Position numbers and translations under genes: made by a program
Shown here: positions 26,701 to 41,400 of the stretch, one piece after another
Position numbering within the stretch: position 1 is the first letter of the stretch
Layout of the letters: each line of letters opens with the position of its first letter
The notes under the pieces: model-generated
The model's input: the letters and a program-made list of their open reading frames with translations, nothing else
Told to the model about the DNA's origin: nothing
The model's database searches: none
Source of the DNA: Takakia lepidozioides
Taxonomy: Eukaryota; Plantae; Bryophyta
Assembly: GCA_030704615.1 (NCBI GenBank)
Contig: CM060731.1
Coordinates: 13,888,001 to 13,952,000, forward strand
Reading direction: 5' to 3'
Length of the DNA: 64,000 nt

Positions 26701-29700
26701 GTGTTTCAGGCTCCCAGTCGACATGCCAAAATATGAAAGGGTGCTGGTGGTAGAGCGAATAATTGGAGCTTTAGGACTGGGACCTGTCCGGGACTCTACT
26801 GTGGGAACGGTTCAGAACAGGGGAATCTCAGGAGGACAACGCAAGAGAGTGAATGTGGGGTTGGAGATGGTGATGGAACCCTCTCTTTTGATTCTTGATG
26901 AACCCACTTCGGGACTCGACAGTACTTCGTCTCGATTGGTGCTCCAAGCCTTACGTCGCGAGGCTATGGAGGGTGTGAATGTCGGTGTGGTTCTCCATCA
27001 ACCCAGGTGAATGCTCTTCATTTCATATGCACAATGTTTGAACGCAATGATAGGGGCTACTTCAGGAAACTCACCCACAGTCAATACTTTGCCTTGTCTG
27101 TGCAGTTATGGACTTTTTCAAATGTTCGATGACGTAATGTTTCTGGCTAAAGGAGGGCATACAGTTTACCTTGGACCAGTGAATGAAGTGGAGTCTTACT
27201 TCTCAGGGCTGGGCTTGGTGGTACCAGAGCGGATCAATCCCCCTGATCACTACATGGATGCACTGGAGGGAATCGTGCACCCAGCAAATTCTCCCGACTT
27301 TGACCCCAGCAGTCTAGCAGTCCTCTGGATGATGCACAAGGGATATAGGATTCCCATAGATCTGATTACCACCGCTGCAGAGATACATGCTTCAGTTGGG
27401 AAGGAGAGAAAGAGCCTCATGACAGAGTCATCAAAACTGGCCACAAGCTTTGCACAAGAAGTGTGGGAGGATTTCAATGTTTTCTTGGTCGTGAGATGGG
27501 ATTTGCTCAAGAGCATGTTCACAATGGTGGACGACATGTCAGGCCGTTGTACACCTGGATTTTGGCCTCAATTTCAGATCATTCTCCGCAGGTCAGAATC
27601 GTCAGACAGAAGTTTTATTGCAAATTTCAATGTGCCTTCCATATGTGCGCTTAGCATGAGAGTCCAGGATGCCCCATCCAGAGATATCGAGTCTATGAAG
27701 GGAGGTTTGAGGCCAGCAGCTCAAAACTGGACCTTCAACTCTGCTGTCAACACAAGGAATGAGAGCAGCTGGTCTTACGATGGTCGCTGGGTAGTGTTCA
27801 TCGAGTGTTGTAGATGTAACCTAGTGCTTATCATAGCACCTTCACTCCTGTTTACCTCCCTTGTGTATTTGATTTTGTTTCCCCATGGGATATTAACCTT
27901 CCCTGAAGACAATACCCAAAGCCCTGTAATGGAAGAAAGGTTGGCATCCCATGCCACTATGCCCTGGAGGGCGTGTCAAAGCCTCATTAGAAGGAGTGGT
28001 TGGTTAATTGCTAAAATGTGGAGTAATCTGACACATTTAAGTCTGTTTGCTTTGCGGAAATCGGCAAGTCCAGGATTCAGTACTTGGGAACTGATCCTAA
28101 AGCCTTGGCCCTGTTGGCGTCAAATGGCTGGACAGCTCACACCCAGTAGATTGATGCTTATGTGAAGGGCTTTCTGGAAGAAATCTGGGAAGTCCGAATC
28201 AATTGTTTATACCAAGGTAAGTCCCACTACTGGAGTGAGCCCCTGTCTGTTCCCTCTTGTTTCACCCAAACTGGGCGGGAGGTCTATGGCCACAAGGCTA
28301 CGGCAAACATCGTCTCACGAGTACATTCTTAAGGACTGGGCCACAAGGCTACAGCAAACAACATCTTATGAGTACATTCTTAAGGATTGGTGGGCTTGCT
28401 GCATACCAGAGTGGCAAAGCAGCGGTTCCGGGATGCCAGACTTCAGGTCCAAGACTACATTATCTTGCTGATGGCAGGAGCGTGCTTAGGCTTTCTTTCA
28501 AATATGAAAGACATCAACCTAGGCTCCCAGGGGTACAGCTTCACCCTGATTGCGATAGGTACACCTCTTCCCGTTCTCCCTCAATTTCCTGGCTCTCTTC
28601 CTTCCATGTTATAAAGTTGCTTTCTTTGATGAGGTGTGATGTCTTAGGAAATCTCTTGATCAATAGTTGTTTTTGGGCTGCTTGTTGTTTTCTCTATTTT
28701 TTTCTTTTCCTGAAAGCATGCCTTCATTCTCTGTCAAGACCTGCATGAGGACTCAAAATCTGTTTTTTGATGCCTGATAGTAAGATTCAATATGGTATAA
28801 TTTTAGCTTCCATTTATTGGTTTCAAAAATTAAGACTTCAGAAAAGGCCGGAGATATAAGCTGTTTGAGATAACCTTTTGAGAGCCATTTGAGATCCAGG
28901 CCGCCACCCTGGCCTGAATGTAAGTTTGGTCTTGTAGGCTCACGTTGGAGATATGGAACAAACATATAAGCTATTTTGCGAAATCACTTAACACACTGTT
29001 CTATATCAGGTGATTCTCAGTTTAGTTTAAAAGTCACCATCTTGTATCCTTCCCCCTTGGCATCTTTCCAGGTATTTGTGTCATTTGCTTTACCAGCTAC
29101 TGCTTGCTAGAGCTGTCACCTCAGCCGTGCTCTTGTTTCTCAGATGGGGTTCTCGGATGGGGAAGGACCGAAAATATGTTGAAATGAAGCATATCACTTA
29201 CGCCATTATCATTGATTGCAAATGATTGATCTAAGTAGGTTGTTCTGTCTACAGCACTGTTAACCATGATAGCTGCCCTGAGGAGCTTCTCAATAGACAA
29301 GCTGCAATACTGGCGGGAGAGTGCCTCAGGAATCAATCGTATTGCATTCTTTATCGCCAAGGATGTCGTGGACATGTTTAATGTGGTCGTAAAACCTCTT
29401 TTCTATCTTTCCATGTTCTACTTCTTCAGTAATCCCCGCTCCTCATTCTTGGCCAACTATACTGTCACACTCGTGTTGGTCTATTGTGTGACTGGGATAG
29501 CATATGTTGCTGCAATCCTTCTGGAGCCAGCACCTGCCCAACTGGTCAGTTCTCTCTTCTGCAGATGTTATAACATCATAAGCTCTGTGAGATTTCTGCT
29601 TGTTTTTCTCTATTGCATCTTGCAAGCTAGCCAATCCCTTACAGAGGTTCCACTACGAGGATCAGGAATTCTTGACAGCACATCTCCATGAGACGCTACA

Positions 29701-31012
29701 TCTTAGGCAACCCCTTGATAGTTGTTGCTTTGGGCTGCTTGCTGTTTGCCCCACTCTTTTTTCCTGCTTTCTCTTGTCCATAAGCTGTTTCAGCTTTCCA
29801 CAGACTTTATAAAGTGTCATTTCATTTCTTTTTGCTGCACTGGAATCCAATCAAGAGTCAAGTTTGAATGTAGCTTGGGTTGCTGGCAACTAGTCAGAGA
29901 TTTGCCTTCGATAAAAACCACACTTAACATCTTTCCCTCTTTGGACCTCCACCATAAGTCTATGGCAATGACTACTTTCTCTCCAGCCCCTATCTCCCTC
30001 CCTACAGAGAACAATTTTGAGATGTGTAGGAAAACATCATTTCTCAGGTGCTACTGAATACTGAGTCAAGCTAAACTCAGGTATATCTGTGAGATGGTGC
30101 AGTGGGCAGTGTTTCTACCTATAATAGCGACACTTATTGCAAGTTCCAGACGAAGTGGTTTGTTGCAGCTATTGACTTATCTAAGCTATGCACGCTACGC
30201 ACTTGAGGCCTACGTCATCGCTAATGCAGAAAGGTGAGATCATTTGTTCATATTATTTAGGTTGTTGGGGAACTTTTTCTCTTGGGGAAGTATGTCATCA
30301 GTAAATTGAAACAAATATAAAGATTTTGATTGTGTGATATGTGTATGTTGTTGCTAACCTTGTGAGGCTTTGCCACTTCACTTGTGCCAAGGATTGCAGC
30401 CAATGAGTCTGAGATAAAATAATAATCTCCTGCCATACTGCCATACCAGCTCTCTTCCATAGCCGTTCCCATCATTTTGCTAGATGATCTCACGAACGAG
30501 TTGCATGTGGAGATATTTGAGGACAGAAGAAAAGAATGAAATGATACTATATAACATCCACAGAAAGCTCGAAGAGCTTATGCGACGAGAAAGCATGAAA
30601 CAAGAAAAAGAGGGGCCTCCTGAAGTAGCCCACAAAACAAGTGTTGTTCAAGGATTTTCTAAGAGTCAACTCCTCATGCAGAGAGAATGAACATTGTAGA
30701 ACGTCCACAGAATGCTCAGAGAGGTTTATGGGACAAAAAAAGTTGGTCCCCCAACATCCAGCCATCAGCAGAAGGGTAGAAATTCAGAGATTAACCTGTT
30801 TGGGAGCAAAAATATTCAATATTCTGAAGTGCATTTGTGGGAGCAGGTACACAGGGGTGTGGATTATCACACGTTGCGGCCTTCTCCAGACCCAGGGCTA
30901 TCGCCTCCATGATTGGGGACTTTGCCTACTGATTCTATTCCTTTATGGTGTTATTGCACGATTGCTGGCATTACTCTGTCTGTTCATCAGTAACAGAAGC
31001 CGACAAAAGTAG
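17719..31012 (+). CDS. ABCG half-transporter with N-terminal hydrophobic leader and Cys-rich domain (ABCG24/ABCG28/NAP12 type), copy 1, ~1150 aa
   Basis: 15 exons: 17719-17999, 18924-18997, 19128-19382, 19618-19681, 19990-20136, 20733-20767, 20908-20984, 24828-25058, 25430-26199, 26710-27006, 27106-27591, 28410-28558, 29255-29544, 30103-30233, 30847-31012; sum 3453 nt, divisible by 3. Walker A GPSGAGKT, signature ISGGQRKR, Walker [13 protein letters not shown]-loop [12 protein letters not shown] motif. Confidence 0.93.
21080..21925 (+). mobile_element. Cluster of RTEX-like LINE 3' fragments in ABCG copy 1 intron 7
   Basis: Several successive family tails, then a longer fragment ([12 protein letters not shown]) with an internal ~80-bp tandem duplication at ~21550-21720. 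Confidence 0.8.
22704..24520 (+). mobile_element. RTEX-like LINE with 5' inversion (degenerate RT)
   Basis: 22704-23287 encodes the RT N-half on the minus strand ([28 protein letters not shown]). 23285-24520 encodes the RT C-half on the plus strand ([22 protein letters not shown]), then the zinc knuckle and 3' tail. Confidence 0.88.
28145..28390 (+). mobile_element. 3' fragment of a second LINE family
   Basis: Matches 40335-40530 and 41995-42175. The terminal motif ggccacaaggctacggcaaaca...gagtaca is tandemly duplicated here. Confidence 0.7.
29630..29830 (+). mobile_element. RTEX-like LINE 3' fragment
   Basis: Family 3' end with variant hairpin aagctg-ttt-cagctt. Confidence 0.75.
30525..30740 (-). 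mobile_element. RTEX-like LINE 3' fragments, antisense
   Basis: Reverse complement of the family tail (aatgaaatg...gaaagctcgaagagcttatg). Confidence 0.7.
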
Positions 31013-34000
31013 AAGTGAGGGGCTCAAAAAACTTGATCTTCACATTGTTCATAGGGTTTGAGTAGCCACAGTCTAGGTGGTCCTGGGTGCAAATATGGAA
31101 TCAACAATAAGTCATGAACCTTAATGGGTCTTGTTTAGTAGCTATGTTGGACCTGTTTGGGGCACTGCTTCCTGTCCGGAGGTGACCTCTTACTAACGGA
31201 CATGTTCAGTGTATCCCAGGCCTTTTGTTCCTGATTCTTACCCTGAGCATGGCCTTCTAACTTACTCAAAATGGCACTGATCACCTTCTTTAAAGTAACT
31301 GACGTGTATCGCTCAGATCAAGTGACACTTGATACTGTGTCTGAGTAATTTTCGAATTGTTTTGAGGCAGGGTTGCAGGTCAACTTCGTGACAAAATACA
31401 GCCCGGTATTTGACCGTGTCACCCAACCAGCTGTACAAAAAGGGCTCTTCCAAACAGAGGAGACAGGTGGTCTGTTGCAAGAGAGTAATGCTTTGGGGGG
31501 ACACCCCCCTCCATGAAAGTTGCAAGTGACCATTCCAAAGGGTGGTGTTGTAGGAAATGATAGGAATTTGACTCATTTTTCCATCTATATAAATGTCAGT
31601 GACTCTTATTACAATAAAAAGTCAGGGATGAGTTCATTTGTGGGTGCTTACGATGGCATTCACCATGACCTGGAAAGATCCTATGATCCAAAGTTAGGTG
31701 AGATTCCCACTTTTTCAGTACTACCTGTGGAAAAGATATCATCCACCTTCAATCCAAGAGGAGACTGCAAGCCCTACCAAGATACACACAAGTTATGTGC
31801 TCAGTGAGTGTTCCTCATGTCTAATGACTACACTTATCCGTCTGGCGTTAGACTCAGGGATTCTGCTTAGTCCTCCTGGAGTGTACTGTATGGAGCCAGA
31901 AACAACCTGATGACAGGCTGGGGTGACTGTTGATGAAGGGCTGGCATTTACATTTTGCTGAATCCACGTATGAGAAAGGTGGGCTGGTTGTGGACCTAAG
32001 GAGAAATTGTGAGCCCAGCAGGTGTTGCAGCCACACAGTGACCTTCACGAGGTACAATTTTGCATCCCACAGGTGTGGCTACTCCCAAAGAAGGGTTTTG
32101 TGATGGAGACTGTCCTTTTGACCTACTATGCAGGCAGTCAGTCCCACAAATGATCTTCCTGTTAAAGATAAACATTTCTCAAGGCTAGGATTGTCAAGTG
32201 TTGCAACCCACATAAGGATCTTGGAAATGAAGTGAGGTAAAATAGTGATATTAGCAGACTGACCTTTGCACGCAGCTCAAATCACTTCATCGGGCATAAT
32301 CTGCATCACAGCCCCCACGAATCCTGCCAGCACTCCATGGAACCCTGATGTGGGTGAGTAGTGAATAATTACTAGAACTACAAACTTCTAGTGCTGTAGT
32401 AATCGTAATTTTATGACTCAAAGAAGACTCCACTCAGATATCTGCAAAATCAATACCCAGGTTCCATTGAGCCCTAAACCTGATTGGTCGCACATTCACT
32501 GAACATCAACAGAATCGAGAAGAAACACAGACAACCTCAGCATGTTAGACTCGTGAATATGACAACTGAAATCCTCTCAAGTTGCATGTTCTGCTGATCT
32601 TTGACAGAGAATGGCAGTGTAAGGCTCAGGGAGACTGCGTTGGGACAAGTGAGGTCGCATTTCAAATATTGTTTCCAACTGAAAAACGCCAAAAGAGAAG
32701 CTGTTTGTAGGCTTGTTTACTTTAACTACCCATGAACACCTTCCAGTTCCTTGGAGGTGGAACGCGCCACTGCATCAAAACTCCATTCCCCACACGCACG
32801 AAAGGGTGAAGTGCAACTGCACATTGCTCTGTGGGCAACCAATGGATCCACCAAATTTCAGATTCTCCTGACAGAAAACAGTAACATGTACTCGGATACC
32901 TACAAATCTTGGAGATACATGAAAAACCCACACTAACGCGGCAAACAACCTACAATACTCCAAAGGGACTTCTCATTGGTATGATACCGGATCGAAGGTA
33001 TGATTGAACTTGGAAACATGGTGTCCAGCGTGTGTTGATTAAGCAGGAAAAACGGCTTCCAGATTCTCGTCAGATTTTTCAAGTGGGACCATCCTCTTCG
33101 GAGGGCGATCCTGAGGCAGCTGACAAAACTAAAGAGGAGCTCTATAACCTTGTTTTACCTTGTCAGTTTGCAAAATATGCTATGTAGGTTCAGTACCATA
33201 CTCCTAGAAGTCCACCATATCACTTCCATGTCATTAAGCAGGCAACTCCGTACACGGATCCACACCTCAATAGTGACCATGCAGTTGCTCATCGACGAAG
33301 AGACATATGCGAAGAGGCACGGTGGGCCACGGCAGTTAGCATGAAATGAGGGGGAGGGCCTCAGCCGAGTAATACTTCATTGTGACAGCCATCGTAACAA
33401 GGCTGTCTGTACGCTGAGCGGGGAGATATTCTGTCCGCGCACAAATGGTCGTTCACAGTATGATGCGAAAAGATGTGAAGAGACATATGTAGACGGTGGT
33501 AATTGAAACTTCTCCTCATGCGTGTCTAAATACCCATGGGTATACATGGACTTCACGTGATCTGTGCATGGAAACAGTTCGTTGCAACAAGGTTGTACGA
33601 ATATGTCGACAACCAGCCAGATGGGTTGATGAGCTACATAAATTGATGTCTTACCCTCCAGTACACTGTACCCTGAGAAGAAAATGATAGCAGACATCTA
33701 CAATGTCGTGAGCACAATCCAATCTGGGACAAGCAGTGTTTGGACCATACCTGTGTTTCCTTTCTCCCTTTCGCGACTGTATTCAAATTGTCGTCTTTCT
33801 GGACATGCCTTATTCCCTACAAAAGATTGCTTGAGTAAGGATGAGGACTGAACAATGAAATCAGGCGGGAAAGAATGTGCCCATCACTCTTTCTTACATG
33901 TAGATAGTTCAGATCATAAAGCAAGCGATCGGTGAGGCAGTGCGTTGGTACAAGTATCACTTACTCCCTTCCCACGCATTTTAGGCGCATCTTTCAAACC

Positions 34001-35453
34001 ACAGTACATAGTAAGACTTGCTCGGTGAATCGTCTCACATGTGACGTTGTGCTCTCTCCATCGTAGGCATGTGTAGCTCTCTTGTGGTGAGGCCGTAGAG
34101 CCTGTTTAAGAGATCTTCAATCGTTGTGTACGTGATTTAGCGAGAAGTCACAGTTACTCAACAATGCAAGTGCTGAGAGTTAGAACTATTCCCAACACTG
34201 ACCTTTCTTTTCAGATGATAGACCGTGACGTACATACGTAGAACTTGGCTTCATTAGCAGGCTCGACGGCAGCTAATGGCGAGCAGCTCATGCAATTGAC
34301 ACCATGCCACCACTGAGTATACGTAAACAGCAAATTCCATGTGAGAAATCTCCTTCCCTGAGCTCGTTGTGCAACTGGATGACATTTCTTCTTCTCATGA
34401 ACTGCTTGCCTGCTACTAGATTCGGGGCTCTTTAGAGATTCCCCCACATTGGTCGAAGAAGATCCCAAGTGCCTTTGCATCCCACCTGCAGGAGCCACTC
34501 CATCTTGGGGGAAATAGTTCTGTGATCCCTTACTCATGTTTTGTCATCGTGCTGAAGATCTGTTCAATGGTTATGTTTTGTTATAAGGTCCAAGTTAGTG
34601 CTCCCAGTCTCTACACACACCGGCAGACACTGAGCACATCTCAGTTCTTTTCAAGATGGACTGGAAACAACGCTTCGCAAGCTGGGAGAGGAGGTAGACC
34701 GAGAGCTTAAAAGACTAATCTTCTTGGGTGGTCACTGGTGCAGGTTGCCCAGGAAGAAGGATGCCCACTTTTTTTAACATGAAATTTATCTATCAACCTG
34801 AAGCATGAAGCTGGGTACCACCTGAGAGAAAAACACGCAGCTAACTGATCAGAAAGGATGACCTGTTCTATCACCTTCATTTCTTGCTGCTTATATAAAA
34901 TTGGCTTCAGAACACAGAGGGTCATTCGGGTGCTTCTCTGAGCTTAGCATATGTGGACGAGCTCCCTGGCAGCTTACCCTTGACACAGGTATGCCATCCA
35001 TAAGAGTGCATTGCTTCCGCCATACATGCTCATTTCATTCAAGCTTCGTGTTGGAGTTGAGCTGGAAATTCAAACTCTCTATTGAAGACATGATGATCAT
35101 GACGACGAGAGTACTGTTGAGAGTATTGAAAGATTCTGGCTGGACATTTGCCCAGTAGGTAGCGAATGGTCTATTATCTGTTGGTATTATGATGATGCCC
35201 AAACGCACAGAAGTACTAGGCCGTGCATTTGCTGTGTTTATTGACTGTGCCCCGTGTCTTCCAGGCTCCTAGGCCTCCCGTGCAACGTAATAAAAGTTTG
35301 TTGGTTGTCTTCTCTCCCTCTCCTTGACGGAACTCTGGTTGTGTTGAAACAGAAAGTCTGGAGCTGAGTATCCAGGACCCTCACTTCCAGGTTGCTAGCG
35401 GGACGATGCCTCTTCAAATTTAATTATTGCATCATTCACCAGCAGACTGGGGG

Positions 35454-38400
35454 ATGATGGAGCTCGACAAAATATTTGTTGAGTATGCGCGAGGACTGGT
35501 TATCTGCGTTCATGTACTCGTGATCCTTCTGTTGGGTCTAGTCTCACGTGGCGGTGCAGCACAGAACCAGAGTTTATCGCCACCACCTTCAATACCAGTC
35601 AAAGCCATGTTGTATAATGCTCCGCCGCTACCCATGTCGTATGCTGCCCCGCCAGTACCCGATGCGTCCGCTGTAGCATACGAGAATCTCAATAATTTGT
35701 CAACGCAGATCACCAATACTTTGGATCAACGATTCAGCTTTTGCATCACTTCTGGGTAACCTATGCTCTGCCATTCTTGCTCATCCGACAATAGCCAGGA
35801 TGAGAGTTATATCTTGCCAAGCATAACAGGGCTTGTTGCATCTCCTCTGGGGTGTAGGTCCTAGATCACCGTCACAAGAAATGAAGTGTATAGAGCTCCA
35901 TGTCATGCAGCATTCCTTTCTGCTGAAATGGGTTCACCTATTGACAGTTCCCCCAAAACCCAACATAGAGCAGTAGTCAGTTGATTGAGGTCCTTCAAGA
36001 CTTGTATTTCCATAAGCTTAGACCCTGGAAGATTTCCTTCATAAGCATTCCTCCTCCGTCAGTACTTGACTAATGTCAAAGTTCACCCCTTCCGAGAACT
36101 GTAGAGAGCTGAAACCATCCTAAACTATGGAGGACCCGTGTCTTGGCTTGAGAATAGTGAAGACATGACTGCCATTTGCTTGTAGCAGAAATGCTGAACA
36201 AGGCAAGGGGACATACACTCTTCTGAAAACTGGCCCTCGACAGCAGTCCCCAAGATGTTACCCTCCTTGTAAGCCGTTCAGCCATGGAATGAGACTGAAA
36301 TCTTCACCGCGCACGGATAGCAACAATTCCCGCTTCAAGTAGGATGAAGTGCTGAATTCATGGGTTCCCATCAATCCTTAGTTCATTGCAAGAAGTAGGT
36401 CCTATGGCTGAATTGATCATTCCACACAGGTCAGAGCATCCCTCTGGCTTTGACAAGCAAGCTTGAATATGTGGTCATATCTCCTTTTGGTGGGCGTAGG
36501 GAAAGAGAGAGGCACGAAGTATTTGGCTATCAGCAGAACTCAACCTTTATGGCAAATTGCGTGAGTTTGACAGGTACAGCCTCCCATCCCTTTGTCACTA
36601 TTCTATTGTGTCTATGCTTCAAAAGCCGTGTTGTTTCCACAGTACTGAACCACAGTGACCGATATGCACTCTGCCATAAACCTTTGCAATGTGAAACTTT
36701 CAGGTGGCGACTTTTCAGATCGTCTTTGCGGGGCGAGTGAGATTACACTCTATTTCGGAAATCTTGGAACTTTGGCCTCCCCTCCCCCGAACATTAACTG
36801 TAACTCAAGTCATTGGTCACAAGCATGCGAGTCAGGTTGGGCTGCTGCAGCAATGCCACCAGTGGATTTAGGACGTTATTTTGTCCCTGCCAGAAACAAT
36901 ATCCCGGAACCATGCTGTGCAGGGTTTTTTTGCCCGCGGGGTCTCACCTGCATGCTTCGTAAGTAGATCTTTGAGGGTTCAAAGTGCTTTTTAGATTGAT
37001 GATTGTTGAGCATACAATAGTCAGCATTTTCCTCTTTGACCGTGAAGGTTACTCACAATAAAGCACTGTTCTGCCATGTCTAAGCTTGTCCGCTCGGTGC
37101 CTACTGCCCTGTCGCTACATTGAACGAAACAGCTGGGACCTGTGCTCCGTGAGTCCTCAGCCTATAACTCTTGTTAATTTCAGGGCTGGAAGGTGTTTGT
37201 GTGTGTCTTTCTCTAATAGGTCTGAGGACACATATCATCTTTCTTTCTTAAAATGCGTGGCAGCCTACCTACACGAGGCCTTCACCCTTAGACAATCGCT
37301 AGAACATTAATTGTGGTTTCTGGATTTGTTCCTCTCTCATGTTTTCTTCCATTTTGTCCCATAAGCTCTACGAGCTTTCCGTGGACGTTATAAAGCACCA
37401 TTTCATTTCATTTCATTTCATTTTACTCTCTCCATAAGGGATATGGCTATCTCTCATCTTACCATGGGGTACCTGTCAATTTGAGTTTAGAGTTCACTTT
37501 AGAGTTTACTAGGCTCTTACATTGATATATGTCCTTTCTCCCTCCCCTGGTCTCTTTGAGATTTCCGCGGAGGTACCATTCCATTCCATTCCATTCCCTC
37601 CCCCTGGTTTTTATCCTTCGCTTCCAGGATTATGGATCTGTTGAGTTTGGAGCAGATAATAGCCAACGGAGTACTGACAGGGATCACTCCATGTATGTGT
37701 TAGTTCTTATATTCTCAAGTCGTTGATGTGATCTGCTAGGCCAAGATTGTGTGTTGATGTACGCATGGTGTGGATGCTGCAGATATGGCTATGAGGTGAG
37801 ACCGGGCAACAGTAATGCCTCATGTGGGGGAGCCGACAAGTGGTCTGATGTTAGCTCTACTGTTTCCATGTTCTGCCCAGCTGGCCAATACTGCCCAACT
37901 TCTATAGAAGCATATGATTGCGGCACCAGGTAAGTGCCTCTTTTTCAATGCTTTCAATGAAGACCCGGTCTCCTTCTTATGCTAAATATGTTACCAATGT
38001 ATCGTTGGCTCCAATTTGAAAGGCCAATGTTGGTGGAGACATCCCAGCTGCAAGGTTCTAAATAGGCAAAGTAGTGGCCTCAATCCTGTAGTAGAGAGAA
38101 CATCGAAAGAACAAATGTGCTTCACCCTCAATCTCCAGCCTGTCTTGTTTAGTGTACGCAGGACAAAGGTGTTTGGCACACAACAACATATCCCATTTGC
38201 AAGTCTCTATCCTCATGCCGTGAGCCCACCCTGAATTGTCCCTTGCCTGTAAAATGAGGGGGAGAGAGAGATGGAAAACAAACAATCACAAAAGATAAAA
38301 AAGTGTCTCTATAGAACTGCAACTTGCTGGTGAGGTGTATCGTTGTGACGTAGAGTTCCTTCAGCTATTGCCTAATGAGTTCGTTCCTGTTGTGCTTGGA

Positions 38401-41400
38401 AAAGCCTTTGGGAGGGTCCTAGGTTTTCAGTTACTAGGGATGTTGCAGAGAGACCGTGCCACGATGGGCCGGAATCCTCACATCCACTAAAAGAGGCAAG
38501 GTGGTATTTTTCAGACCCGAACACAGCTGCCCCTGCCTCCCTTGATCTTCAACCAAACATGTATTGGCTGGACCAGAGTCATGAGTGGTTCCGTGACATT
38601 GAAGAATTGGACATCAAGTCGGTCACACTGAACAGAATGTCTAGCAAAAAGCAGAAAAAGCCTTCATTTCAAAGAGTAACACATTCATACGCATTGAAGA
38701 AATGGCACATGGCTTGGAGTAAAGAAAAAAGGATCTATTTGAGGAGATGGAAAAATTGAATGTTCTCCTAAGATTTTGTCTCAACAACGAGACAAGCAAT
38801 GTGTTTGGGAAGGTAACACACTGGCCCCGGATGTCGATCAGAGGTCTAGGACGTGCACCTCCTAGGCACACGCCATGGGGAAGGCTCGAACTCAAAGACG
38901 AGCGTGCCCACAACACCAGATACTTAGAATCTGTTCACAAGTATCACAAATGGGCCTTCAACCCTTTAAATCTTAACAAACCATCCATATCAGTTGAAGC
39001 CTTGGTGGAGAGAAGTGGGCACCAAGTTTTCAAGGGGATATTCTGGAGGAGAAGGATGTGCCAGACTTTTCTATAGGCAACGACTTCCTTAGGAATTTGT
39101 GGAGCCCCGTGCCGACCCTCAACCAGGTAGCACCTTTGTTGTTTGTCGATGAGCAGGTTTCCCATGTGGACACCCTTGAGTTGAAGAAGGTCATAATGGA
39201 AGGAGACAGCAAGGGGGGACCCGGATATGACAGATGACATAAAATTCTCAAGGCCTATGCACATCCATCCTTGTTGAAGTGGCTTCTAAGAACCTTGGAG
39301 TTCCAAAATTCTGAAGGCAGAAGTTTTCCTTCCCCATGTTTTGTGTCTCCCACTTCGAACCATCGTTTTTGAGTGGGTAAGTCTTTTTGGAAGACTAAGC
39401 CCGGAGTTCGACTTAACTTTTGGACGCCCACTCTCACTAATGTGTTGGGCTGGTCCTAATCAAGCTCAACAGACCTTCAGGGAGGGCCATTTCCAAGGGA
39501 GCGGTCCCTCCTGCGGGTAAGCAAGGCCCTGCTTGGATGCGAGTAACTCATCTCTTTTCCCACCATTCTTTACTGCCTATTCTTTGCTTCTGAAACTCAG
39601 CTGGATGCATCACGGGTTGATGCGACTTGGTGAATTCAGGATTGTCCTCAATGAGCCGGTGTTTCCGCTGAGCTTTCCGTAAGTGCCACCCCGCCAAATT
39701 ACCGGAAAGTGGAGACACAGGCATCTGCAACAAGCTCAAGAGCTTTTGGGACAAAGAGAGTGGAATATACCAATTAATGAGAGGGTGAATAAGAGTTGTA
39801 GAGAACACGATATGTACCACACAAGAAGCTGAAATTCATGTTCCCTAATGGTAACGAAGAACGAAGCCACCCCATAGCGTTAGTACAACAACAGTCTGTT
39901 GATGCCTGAGCTTTTCAGGTGGCTGCTTAGAGAAGTGCGACTTTTGTGCGTTTGATGATTACATCTTGTAGCCTAATAAGGAGTCCCTTACCTCAGAGTG
40001 GTACATCTTCCTGTTCTGGGACCCCACTTGCTGAGGTATCCTGCTACCAGCAATGTATCTGGTCGGTCAACTTAAACTCAGGGCAGGAAGCCTACCTTTG
40101 AACAGCAAACAGAAGCAGAGAGGAAAGGGAGAGTGCAATTGCCCGTTGTGTGGGCAATCTGAAGACAGTATTCATTTGATACACTGTCCGGGGTTCTCTC
40201 ACCAAAGAGACGCTCTCTTCAAATCTATCAAGGGAATTGTGCCTGTACCCCTGTTTACCAACTTTGAAAGTCTCGAGGCTGAGCCAAAAGCCCAGGCCCT
40301 CCTGAGGCCTAGTTTTTGGGCAAATCACACACAGCAGATTGATGCTTGTGTGAAGGGATTTCTAGAGGATATCTGGAAAACCCGGATTAATTCTATATAT
40401 GAAGGTAAGTCTTACTACCAACGTCAGCCCCTGACAGAGGTAGGTTCTGTCCCTTTGTTCCCGCTCAAACTGGGCGCGGGGTCAATGGCCACAAGGCTAC
40501 GGCAAACAACGTCTTATGAGTACAATCTTATCCCGTAAGCTCTTTGAGCTTCTGCGGACGTTGTGAAGTACTATTTCATGTCATTTCTTCATTCTTTCTC
40601 AGTTTGTTGTGTGCTGTCTTCACCCTAGCACCATTAGTCATTGCAGCATGTTTCACTCCATTGGGGCCTATAGTGCTGGAATTGCCATCATACATTCTAT
40701 TGTGAGGTCCATGTTAGCCTTTACAGTCCATTTCCTATACCTGGATTATGGCTGGCTGTGAGTAAGTACCAATACAATTCTGGGCTTTCCAGAACTGGGT
40801 CCTTTGAGCAGCTCCGGAAAGGTCGACTATGCTCTCAAAGGAGTGTCTAGCCAAGTTTTCCAGGGAAGAGTAAGTGCATCTCTCTTCGTCTGTGTCCAAA
40901 TTGCCCAAGGATATACAGCCACAAGCCTATTGCAAGTTACTGTCCAACAAGTACACCTCTTTCTTCTCCTAAAAACAGTGTAGATTTGCTTGTGGGGGTG
41001 TTTTGCAGACACTTCTGCCGGCTAGGCTCCACAGCTCCAGAGAGTGAGTCCTCTTGGTGCTCTCCTGCAGTGGTGGTTTACAGTTCAGTAACAGCCATCT
41101 GAGGTAAAGTGCAGTATTGGTAGATGAGTGGACAAGGAGAAGAATGAAATGTGGTAACAGAGACAAATGTGGGGGAGTGGGTGCAGCACGTTCACACCTT
41201 ACATCTTGTGGAGGAGATCCAAATCTACAACGTGAAAACCTTCAAGCCGTTGGGGGTCTATTCCTAGTACGTTTGATGCTCCTGCGCACCCTCTCCCCCA
41301 CTTTTCCCTTTCTGTTGCTGTTCCCCTCATCCCGTTTTTGGCTCCATATATTAGGTGTAAATAGTACAGTCTAATCTCTACATGTCTTTCCTTCTTTCTT

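Noticed and set aside
27592-28165. C-terminal half of the 384-aa ORF 27011-28165
   Set aside because: Read-through into intron 11; the paralogue shows the donor after 27591.
32900-33800. Possible pseudogene relic between the ABCG copies
   Set aside because: No motif could be assigned with confidence; needs a TBLASTX search.
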